Assembly (NCBI GenBank): GCA_950097015.1
Contig: CATNEN010000030.1
Span: forward strand, 1,116,001-1,180,000
Direction: 5' to 3'
DNA length: 64,000 nucleotides
DNA from: Macrostomum hystrix
Lineage: Eukaryota; Animalia; Platyhelminthes
In this document: one piece after another, positions 36,125 to 46,684 of the stretch
Position numbering within the stretch: position 1 is the stretch's first letter
Layout: each line of letters begins with the position of its first letter
Notes under the pieces: model-generated
What the model was told of the DNA's origin: nothing
Seen by the model: only the letters and a program-made list of their open reading frames with translations
Databases searched by the model: none
Made by a program: the position numbers and the translations under genes

Positions 36125-37164
36125 AACACGCTAGCAGTTCGGTGATGTGATTTTAGATGTTGAGGCTTAAAAGATTTTGGCGCTAAAAATATACCAGCGT
36201 AAACTTTCTATTTGAACTTCGGCAATTAATACTAAATGTTCAAATTTTTCTTTTTTTTGTTATAAACTGCAAGAACGCGCTGTTCTTAGGATATTGTCGG
36301 AAACTGTTGCATATTTTTGAAGACGCGCGTTTGAGTCAAGAGGGTGAAGATGAATAATTATTTCTTTAACTTTTCTTTGTCGTTCATGTTGTTTCTTTAA
36401 GGTGGAGTCTGGTTAAACGCGGATTTGATTTTGGCAACAAAAAGGGCAACTAATATCTGCTTATATTTTGCGGATGAGACTGCAAAATTATTTTGCTAGT
36501 GCTGTTGGGAAGCAGAGAAAGTTAAGTGTATTATCCTAAGCGTAATTTAGCTGATTTCAGAGTAAATACGCTCGTATGTTGCGCACGCTAATATGTGGCT
36601 AGTAGAAATTATCAATTTCCTCCAAAGAGTTATAATGAACTTGATACCTAGCCAGTGCCGCTTATGAATCCCACTAATTCAAGCTTTGTACCCGTTTTCC
36701 GTATTTTGTTGCGGCGAGCATACCGATAGGAGGTTCGACTTAGAGCCAAAGTGCATATGCTTCTCGCATCAATGTCCCTGTGCTCGATTCTGCGGCGAGG
36801 CCAAATTTATGCACAAGGGCCATCCTACAATGGTGTGTCGCAGGGGTCGTTGGATCCTGGCTGTCCATTGCTCCCGGCGAAGCTGGTGTGACATTCTGAT
36901 GGTTGTCACACATGAAACTCTAAGCAGATAAAATACCTTATTTTTTTTATCCATTCGAGAATAAAATCTGAAATTAGGATCGCAATTCAATTTTTGAAAC
37001 CGGATGGTTCTCGACTCTTTTCGATGGACTTATCTCTAATTTGAGACAAGGGCCACTTTGGGAACCCATGCGCTATATCTATTCAATTAAGTTGCAAAAA
37101 ATAGCATTGACCACCGCAGCTTTCATCTTCCCTTCAGATGTCAGTCATCCCCAGCGTCTTCGTT

Positions 37165-37290
37165 TCCAGCGGCTCCCAGGAAGTGTGTGCCTGCGTACGG
37201 TATCTGTGAGCGTGAGCTCAGGAGTCAGCTGAACGGACAGAGTTGGACAGACACTGGCTGCAGGTCTACGGTCACCAAATGATGTGATGT
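37165..37290 (+). mobile_element. SINE family A, 3' fragment
   Basis: GTGTGTGCCTGCGTACGGTATCTG...GCTCAGGAGTCAGC...GGCTGCAGGTCTACGGTCACCAAATGATGTG matches the family body. Confidence 0.6.
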
Positions 37291-38163
37291 TTAAATAAAT
37301 CTGTCATTTTACTAAAAACTTTTCACATGGCAACACGCACAAGTTGTACTTTGTGAACAAAAGATAATCATGTTAAGTAAAATTATTCCTTTTCTGTTCG
37401 ACTTTTTTAAATTATAACACGTGAAATATCTAGAAGAAGCTTTGTTAATTAAATAACAATCTTTCGAAATTGATTCTCGCAAGTACTCGTAAGTAATTAT
37501 GAATTGCTCTAAAGCTGGTTTACTAAATTAACTATATTTATAACTAGCTTAAATATAAAGTTACATAAACTAGTTTTACAACATCATCATAAAGCAAAGT
37601 AAAAGAAAGACAAAAGCTTAGATTTCACATCAAGTGTAGCACTAAGACAATAAGGTGCAAACAATGTTTATCTAGACTTTGTTAATTTTTGTATACGTGA
37701 ATGTTTGAAGCAGATGCTTAATAGTAATGGTACTCATACATTAATAGTACATCAGTATCAAGTGTAAAGATAACATATGTTGTCAGCATTTTAACGGAAG
37801 ACGTTCAGTTGTAATAACTTTGACCTCGGTGACATCTATATATTAAGGATAAAAACAAAAAGCTGTGATTTTAAATACTCGTGCTATATTGTAACTGATG
37901 GTAACATTGCATATTTGTATTAACATTGTAATTTAGCATCTAAAACGACCTAAAAGAGTCAAGCTGAACCAGAGAGAATAAAAGATGTTCTATTTTATTG
38001 TACGAGTAAAATGTAAAAATGGGCACTAAATTGAAACTCTAAGCTGTCATTTGAAATTTTGTTCTCAAATGACAACAACCCTTTATAAAGATTTAAAGAT
38101 TTAAGGAATCTTAAGTAACAAATCAGTCAATTCTTTAGGTAATTTAAATTTATCGGTATTTGT

Positions 38164-38360
38164 AGAATCTCGGGTGACGGAAATCTACCTGGAGAATTTC
38201 GGGTGACGGAAATCTACCTGGAGAATCTCAGGTGACGGCAATCCACCTGAAGAATCTCAGGTGACGGCAATCTACCTGACGAATCTCAGGTGACGGAAAT
38301 CTACCTCGAGAATCTCAGGTGACGGCAATCTACCTCGAGAATCTCAGGTTACAGTAATCT
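38164..38360. repeat. 29-bp tandem repeat (AGAATCTCAGGTGACGGCAATCTACCTGG), ~6-7 copies
   Basis: Read directly from the sequence. Confidence 0.88.
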
Positions 38361-38536
38361 GTCCTTCCGGATTTTCTGCTGACATTATTAAAGGAAAAAC
38401 GGATTAAATATCGGTGCATTATTAGAAATCCCACGCGAAACAAAGCAAAGCATTGGTTGCACGTGGCACGTGCATAAAGTTAGCTTTCTCAGGTAAATAA
38501 ACTGATAACTATGGCAAAACGAAGGTGTCAGTCCAC

Positions 38537-41500
38537 CTAACTCCTAGGCGCCAGCTGTTGCTGATCATCCGAGAATGTGAGGGTGCCGAACGAGGCCTCT
38601 GTGACGGGCTCAGCCGGCTCTGGTGAGTTCTGCAACGGCTGGTTGCCCTGCTAAAACGGAGCGATGTTCGGGCGGTTCACACTTATAATGCAACTCTTCT
38701 CTACAATAATCCACTGTAAGCTACTAGCAGTAGTAATTAGAGATTTTAATCGGTTTATAGAGGACTCGAGTAGACCCAGCCCAGCTATGGTCCCTACCTC
38801 ACCCAATCACTTCGAGTGTATTCGATTAGGGTGAGGTACATTAGTATAAAAATGATAATTGGATTGCGATAAAACAAATCAATAATGTTTTGTCTTTTTA
38901 TTAGGGAATTATTAAAATCACACCTTTCTAATGACTAGGTGGATCAGTAATCAAACGAAGTGCTTAAGAGGGATGGGTCACGCATCTAGGACTAAAATAA
39001 TCACCACATTGCACGCGTAGCCATTTGATTTCCAGTTGATAAATAGGCTTTAATTGGAGTGCTGACATACGCTGTGTGCTTAGAATTATTTGTCTCTCGT
39101 TCAAAAGTGCATGTGTGCCTTTTAAGGACTTCTCAAAGTGGGCTCGCTGGTGTCACTCGTTCTTGCCTCGGAGTATTGGGACGAGTATGAATTGTCGAAT
39201 TCCTTATAGAGTGGATGGAGCGTGATTAGATGCAGACGTTGTTAATTTTCCATCTCCAAGAAGTCCATTTGTCAGTTGAGTGTCTCATTTTTGTTCTCCA
39301 TTGTATCCATTAATTGCATACTTTTAATAAACGCTAGTGTATGATTAAAGAAAAAACTTAAGAATTGATTACGATTTTTTTAATCTGACTAAATCCCTAA
39401 TTCCAATCACTGAATGAGCTGCATTCGAAGGTAAGCCAATTGTCTCTCTTTAGATGTACACTGACTAGCCATTCGATTCCATTCACTGTACATTCGAAGC
39501 TAAGCCTACTGTCTCTCCAGATGTACACTGGCTAGCCATTCGATTCCATTCACTGTACATTCGAAGCTAAGCCTACTGTCTCTCCAGATGTACACTGGCT
39601 AGCCATTCGATTCCATTCACTGTACATTCGAAGCTAAGCCTACTGTCTCTCCAGATGTACATAGCTCAATTTCATTCAGTGTACATTCGAAGCTAAGCCT
39701 ACTGTCTCTCCAGATGTACACTGGCTAGCCATTCGATTTCATTCACTGTACATTCAAAGCTAAGCCTACTGTCTCTCCAGACGTACACTGGCTAGCCATT
39801 CGATTTCATTCACTGTACATTCGAAGCTAAGCCTACTGTCTCCCCAGATGTACACTGGTTAGCCATTCGATTCCATTCACTGTACATTCGAAGCTAAGCC
39901 TACTGTCTCTCCAGATGTACATAGCTAAATTTCATTCAGTGTACATTCGAAGCTAAGCCTACTGTCTCTCCAGATGTACACTGACTAGCCATTCGATTCC
40001 ATTCACTGTACATTCGAAGCTAAGCCTACTGTCTCTCCAGAAGTACATAGCTCAATTTCATTCAGTGTACACTCGAAGCTAAGCCTACTGTCTCTCCAGA
40101 TGTACACTGGCTAGCCATTGAATTCTAAATTCGAGGCATGCCAACCTTGTATCGCTCGTATCGCGTGAAGATGTATATATCGGCCAGAGCGGCAGATGCG
40201 GACAGTAGCAGGCTGGCAAAGTAGAACAGCACTGGACCGGAGAAGCTGTGCAGGGTCAGCGGCAGGCAGCTGCGGAACATGCGCGCCATCTCTTCGCCTG
40301 CCAAGCTCATGGCAACCTATGATAAAAATTACGATAAGAACTTCAAGCACCCGCTGTTAAAAAACTAAAAGTTATTGACATGTAGCTCGCTTAACAAGAA
40401 TGTTGAAACGAGTATCAACATAGAAACGAATATTTCAATTTTTTACTGCCAATAAATTTCATACTTTTCGAAAATCGTCTAAGCTAAAAACAAAATAGCT
40501 ACGTTAAATATGTACTAATGTATGATCGAACAATGGAATGGGTTGAGCGATTGTTACGCAAACTATATTTGATCTAAAATCAGAAATAATATAATTCAAT
40601 GGGTTGTAGCCAAGGAGTTAGAGCATCCGACTCTCGACTTGAAGGTCGAAGGTTCGATTCTCGACTCCATTTGAACAATTTGTGTCCCTTTGCAAGACAA
40701 TTTTAATTCTGCATTGCTTCAGTTCACCCAGCTGTTACGGATGGGTGCCAGCGTTAGCTGGGTAACTGAGGGTGGGTGTGGCGTCCCCGCAGTCCATGGA
40801 CTGAACAGCCGTATGTAGCATTCAGATGCGCCGCGCAATAGCCGCGGCTGTGCTGTCGGCTGCGCTCTGGCTCCGTTGGGGCAGTCGCCATTAACTTAGC
40901 ATTATTGTATCTGCCATAGTTATTTGGGTAACTTAAAAACATTAACTCCGAGGACGTCGGAAATGGACGAAATGCATTGGCTGTAAATTCGTTTCAATGC
41001 TGGTTTTCTCTTGACACAAATATTCATTCGGGAGGGTGAGTAGCAACACCGGTCAAACGCGTTTGCCTCTCGCACAAGGTCCCCAAGCTCGATTCCGCAG
41101 TGAGGCCACATTAACTTTGGGTGCAGCCGCAGAGAGAAAGCTTACTCGTATCGTGCAATTTACTCGAGGGCCAACCACCAGGGCACAGTAAAAGTGTACA
41201 CTGCCTGACGATGAGAAAGTCAAAGGGCAGAAGTACACACCTGTATGAGCGTATGCCTGCGTACAGTATCTGACTTTCGTGTCAGATCTCGTGGGAGTGT
41301 GTGCTCAGGAGTCAGCGAAATGGGCTGAATTGCCTCAATCGAGGGCTGCGGGTCTAGTGTCACCAAATGATGTGCCATTGCCCGCAGCCCTCATGCAAAT
41401 ATTATTTTTATTAAAACATTCATACTACTTTTAATTGAGAATTTTTTAATAAAATGGTTGTTACCGTCTCCGCAGGCGGCAAGCTCTGCCAGCAGGGCCC

Positions 41501-44186
41501 GCTGCCCATCAGGATGTTCTTCACGTAGGAGCTCCTGATGAAGCCGGACTCTCTCAGCTGAAGTATTACCTCGTTGAACGGGCGCAGCCATTTGGAGCCG
41601 CTCTTGAATGCGAAGGCGTAGCTTCGATCGTTGACGAGATTTGCCGCGGCGATTAGCTCGCAGTCGCCAGCTCGGGTGTAATAGTCGGCCATGGCCGATT
41701 CCATCACGGCGAAGTAGCGATCGTCAGTCTTGACGAGCTGCAGCAGTGACTCCACGGACTTCACACTGGCCAGCTTGGGATTCTCTCGCAGGCCGTTCTG
41801 GTACTGCTTGTAGAACATCTGCAGCACCGGATCGCTGGCCTTCTCGAAGAAGGCATTGGTGCTGCTTTTTGCCAGCCAGACCGGCGTGGCGCCCTTGAAG
41901 GAGTCGGCACCGACCGGCTTGATGTCCGGAATGTCTTCGATCCCGAAGTGACGCTCCAGGCCGCCGCGGCTGGCCACCAGGTTGCAGATGAAGGCTGCCA
42001 GGTACGAGGCGGCAAAGGCGCACGAGAACAGCCACCAGAATGCGCTGAGACTGCGGCCAACCAGCGACTGCGGCGAGCGGCGATAGCCTTTGACAAAGCG
42101 AGGAGGTTTTAAAAGTCCTTAAAACCGTGTCTAGAAAAAATGGTGCTCTGACTTAAGTCGAAAGTAACGCATACAGCCATATACAATATCCTTCTGTAGT
42201 CATGCAGAGCCGGTCCCATTGTTATTCTGTAGTCATACAGAGCCAGTCCCATTGTTATTCTGTAGTCATACAGAGCCGGTCCCATTGTTATTCTGTAGTC
42301 ATGCAGAGCCAGTCCCATTGTTATTCTGTAGTCATACAGAGCCAGTCCCATTGTTATTCTGTAGTCATACAGAGCCGGTCCCATTGTTATTCTGTAGTCA
42401 TGCAGAGCCGGTCCCATTGTTGTTCTGTAGTCATACAGAGCCAGTCCCATTGTTATTCTGTAGTCATACAGAGCCGGTCCCATTGTTATTCTGTAGTCAT
42501 GCAGAGCCAGTCCCATTGTTATTCTGTAGTCATACAGAGCCAGTCCCATGGTTATTCTGTAGAGTGACCCACACCTCTATAGCAAGCACCAATGAGTCTC
42601 ACCCTGAAAGCAGCCAGTGCTGACAGCATAGAACAGGCTGCCCAACAGAGAGAAGTCGTTCATTTGGGCCAGGAGGCTGTGGCTGATGAGCGTGTTGCGT
42701 GTATTGTGCTCGGCCTGACGGGCGCGAAACTCGCGCGGATTGTAGCGATCGTTGAGGAACAGAAAAAGTCCAGTCAGGATGAACACCACGATGCAGGCGC
42801 ACCAGACACCGGCGTCAAACACGCTGAGGAAGAAGGTGACGCTGCGGGTCACCTGAGATAATGGCACGACAGAACTTTTAGCTAGACTAGCAATGCATTT
42901 ACCTGTAGCTAACAAAGCGAATAGACTAGCAATCCATTTACCTGTAGCTAACAAAGCGAATGGACTAGCAATCCATTTACCTGTAGCTAACAAAGCGAAT
43001 TGACTAGCAACCCATTTACCTGTAGCTAACAAAGCGAATGGACTAGCAATCCATTTACCTGTAACTAGCAAAGCGAATGGACTAGCAACCCATTTACCTG
43101 TAGCTAACAAAGCGAATGGACTAGCAATCCATTTACCTGTAACTAGCAAAGCGAATGGACTAGCAATCCATTTACCTGTAGCTAACAAAGTGAATGGACT
43201 AGCAATCCATTTACCTGTAGCTAACAAAGTGAATGGACTAGCAACCCATTTACCTGTAGCTAACAAAGTGAATGGACTAGCAACCCATTTACCTGTAGCT
43301 AACAAAGCGAATTGACTAGCAACCCATTTACCTGTAGCTAACAAAGCGAATGGACTAGCAATCCATTCACCTGTAGCTAACAAAGCGAATGGACTAGCAA
43401 TCCATTCACCTGTAGCTAACAAAGCGAATGGACTAGCAATCCATTTACCTGTAACTAGCAAAGCGAATGGACTAGCAATCCATTTACCTGTAACTAGCAA
43501 AGCGAATGGACTAGCAATCCATACTAGCTGTGGTGCCGCATTAACTCACTAACTTGCATGTCTGATGTTTAGTGTACTTGATTTCTTATTTCTTATTTCC
43601 AATGTGCGTAGCTTGTACTCGGGGCACGTTTCTTGTGCTCAGGTTTGTAACGTGCGGTCGCGCTATCTTGTAAGTGGTACGTTGCCACCAGCCCTTTCTT
43701 TAGCGGGTTATACAGGCTGGTTAAGGCCTTTAAATAAAATCATGGATCTAAAGTGGTCGCCTTGCTACGGCACGACACTAGCAATGTCAATTATCTGTAA
43801 TCCATTTACCTGTAGCTACCTATGCGAGTAGACTAGCTATCCATTTACCTGCTTTATGATAGATTTATGTTTACCTGATTGCTCCATCGTGGTTTTCGCA
43901 CCACCACAGTCAGGCCGACATCCAGGTACTCGTGCGAGAAGTCGATGAAATTCTCTCTATGCGAGGTTGCTATCAGAGGCGCGGCCGCAAATTCAGCTTG
44001 GCCGTTTATGACGTCTCCAATCAGGCCGCTCCAATTGCCAGTTTGCTGGTCGTAGGCGCCGAACCGACCATCGGCGACCATAGTGAATTTGGGCTCAAAT
44101 TTCAGTCTCCGGCCGATCTCGCGGACCAGGTCGGGCACGAAGCCGAACCAGGCGCCCTGCTTGTTCAGCATGCAATAGCCCTCCAC
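38537..44186 (-). CDS. Divergent ionotropic glutamate receptor / IR-like channel, gene B; exons 44186-43875, 42852-42603, 42087-41465, 40316-40146, 38650-38537; 5' exon(s) not identified
   Basis: S1 (GFVPDLVREI...WSGLIGDV...AEFAAAPLIATSHRENFIDFS), M1, pore STGCFQG, M3 SYLAAFICNL, S2 (KSST, VMESAM, YAFAF), M4 region RMFRSCLPLTLHSFSGP homologous to gene A RMFRGSIPLTLKSFFGP; junction phases are consistent; the last exon is less certain. Confidence 0.86.
39422..40119. repeat. 67/59-bp tandem repeat (CATTCGAAGCTAAGCCTACTGTCTCTCCAGATGTACA...), ~11 copies, intronic
   Basis: Read directly from the sequence; long and short unit variants are interspersed. Confidence 0.9.
40607..40760 (+). mobile_element. 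tRNA-derived SINE, family B, with a CORE-like central domain
   Basis: GTAGCCAAGGAGTT (A-box-like) ... GGTTCGATTCT (B box), then GTCCCTTTGCAAGACA...TGCTTCAGTTCACCCAGCTGT...ATGGG, resembling the conserved CORE-SINE domain. Confidence 0.6.
41034..41410 (+). mobile_element. SINE family A, near full-length copy in an iGluR gene B intron
   Basis: Collinear with 5193..5540 from AACGCGTTTGCCTCTCGCAC to CAGCCCTC and the AT-rich tail. Confidence 0.75.
42193..42562. repeat. 33-bp tandem repeat (CTGTAGTCATACAGAGCCAGTCCCATTGTTATT), ~11 copies, intronic
   Basis: Read directly from the sequence. Confidence 0.92.
42884..43521. repeat. 39-bp tandem repeat (GACTAGCAATCCATTTACCTGTAGCTAACAAAGCGAATG), ~16 copies, intronic
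   Basis: Read directly from the sequence; diverged copies extend toward 43860. Confidence 0.92.
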
Positions 44187-44850
44187 CTGTTGGGGCGGCG
44201 TGTGTCGCTTTACTAATTTGGAGCTCCAGGTGTAGTCAAAAGGCTGCGTACAGCTGCTCAGTCCATGGACTGTTTGCCCATTCTATCTACCCTAATGTTG
44301 ACTCCAATAAAAAAACAATCATACCTCAATGACGGCAACATTAAGCGATTGGTTCTGTGCTGCCTGACCGGGTGTCAAGATCAACAACAACGCGCTGAAG
44401 AGTACTAAAAAATTCTGCATTGCTGTGATTGTTTAGTTTGTAAAGATTTCTAAAACATGTATCTAGGCCACAATGATTAGCAAAGGCAGGCAAGCTATGC
44501 TTTTAATGTTAAGAAAACGAGTTATTTTATACTTCTCTCTCTCGCACACAATATTTCTCAAACCTCTCTGGTATGTGTGGCTCCGTACACCATACAGTGG
44601 GCAGCTAAGATTAGAAATTCAAAAAAGCCCACCTCCCTCCGCCAAGACAGGAAACGTGCTTCTAAGTTGCTTCGTACGCTCTCACTCATACTCTGTCTCA
44701 CTCTCTATCTCTCTGTGTACATAGAACCCTGTGCCATGTGTGCAGCAATGCACTGCAAAGGCTAAATAAATGCACTGCAAAAACTTAGCAGCTACAGACT
44801 ATTGAGCACATTTCATAGTCTCTAGTCCTTAAAAGGACAGCACAGGTCCT

Positions 44851-46288
44851 TCTAGTTCATTTAGAAACTGAATATCTACCTCTAGTTCATTTAGAAACTG
44901 AATATCTACCACTAGTTCATTTAGAAACTGAATATCTACCTCTAGTTCATTTAGAAACTGAATATCTACCTCTAGTTCATTTAGAAACTGAATATCTACC
45001 TCTAGTTCATTTAGAAACTGAATATCTACCTCTAGTTCATTTAGAAACTGAATATCTACCTCTAGTTCATTTAGAAACTGAATATCTACCACTAGTTCAT
45101 TTAGAAACTGAATATCTACCTCTAGTTCATTTAGAAACTGAATATCTACCTCTAGTTCATTTAGAAACTGAATATCTACGTCTAGTTCATTTAGAAATTG
45201 AATATCTACCTCTAGTTCATTTAGAAACTGAATATCTACCTCTAGTTCATTTAGAAACTGAATATCTACCTCTAGTTCATTTAGAAACTGAATATCTACC
45301 TCTAGTTCATTTAGAAACTGAATATCTACCTCTAGTTCATTTAGAAACTGAATATCTACCTCTAGTTCATTTAGAAATTGAATATCTACCTCTAGTTCAT
45401 TTAGAAATTGAATATCTACCTCTAGTTCATTTAGAAATTGAATATCTACCTCTAGTTCATTTAGAAACTGAATATCTACCTCTAGTTCATTTAGAAACTG
45501 AATATCTACCTCTAGTTCATTTAGAAACTGAATATCTACCTCTAGTTCATTTAGAAACTGAATATCTACCTCTAGTTCATTTAGAAACTGAATATCTACC
45601 TCTAGTTCATTTAGAAACTGAATATCTACCTCTAGTTCATTTAGAAATTGAATATCTACCTCTAGTTCATTTAGAAACTGAATATCTACCTCTAGTTCAT
45701 TTAGAAATTGAATATCTACCTCTAGTTCATTTAGAAACTGAATATCTACCTCTAGTTCATTTAGAAACTGAATATCTACCTCTAGTTCATTTAGAAACTG
45801 AATCTACCTCTAGTTCATTTAGAAACTGAATATCTACCTCTAGTTCATTTAGAAACTGAATATCTACCTCTAGTTCATTTAGAAATTGAATATCTACCTC
45901 TAGTTCATTTAGAAATTGAATATCTACCTCTAGTTCATTTAGAAATTGAATATCTACCTCTAGTTCATTTAGAAATTGAATATCTACCTCTAGTTCATTT
46001 AGAAATTGAATATCTACCTCTAGTTCATTTAGAAACTGAATATCTACCTCTAGTTCATTTAGAAACTGAATATCTACCTCTAGTTCATTTAGAAACTGAA
46101 TATCTACCTCTAGTTCATTTAGAAATTGAATATCTACCTCTAGTTCATTTAGAAATTGAATATCTACCTCTAGTTCATTTAGAAACTGAATATCTACCTC
46201 TAGTTCATTTAGAAATTGAATATCTACCTCTAGTTCATTTAGAAATTGAATATCTACCTCTAGTTCATTTAGAAATTGAATATCTACT
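44851..46288. repeat. 30-bp tandem repeat (TCTAGTTCATTTAGAAACTGAATATCTACC), ~48 highly homogeneous copies
   Basis: Read directly from the sequence; mainly one C/T variant and one 2-bp deletion at ~45800. Confidence 0.95.
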
Positions 46289-46684
46289 TCCAGTTCGTTC
46301 ATAGATTTTCGGACTGGCCATTGGGTCCATAGTTGAAGTGTAATACAAAGTCAATCATCAGTATACCACCCCAGCCTAACTGTGCAGGTGTACAATACAC
46401 TAAGCTTTTCACATCGGTAATGAATGGATCGCGCAGATGTTAATTAGCGGTCCTTCCACATGCGATTCCGGTACTGCAGATCCCATAACTGACTGCAAAA
46501 GGAAGTGAAACTGCTAATTTCACAAATCCTGAAAAATATAATAATTGCTCATCGTTGAGTAGCATAACTACGGAGGACGCGTGCAAATTGTAGACTGAGT
46601 CGAATCCGCCATAGCCTAGTGGGGAAGAGGAAATTGCTTCCTGACAAGTACGCATCCTCCTTTTTCTAGCCGCGAATAATCCCC

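Noticed and set aside
42577-43500. ORF 42577..43500 as an iGluR exon carrying 13-aa hydrophobic repeats (LLATGKWIASPFA)
   Set aside because: A good acceptor (TCTCAG| at 42853) directly restores S1-M1 continuity matching paralog A; inserting ~200 hydrophobic residues there is implausible
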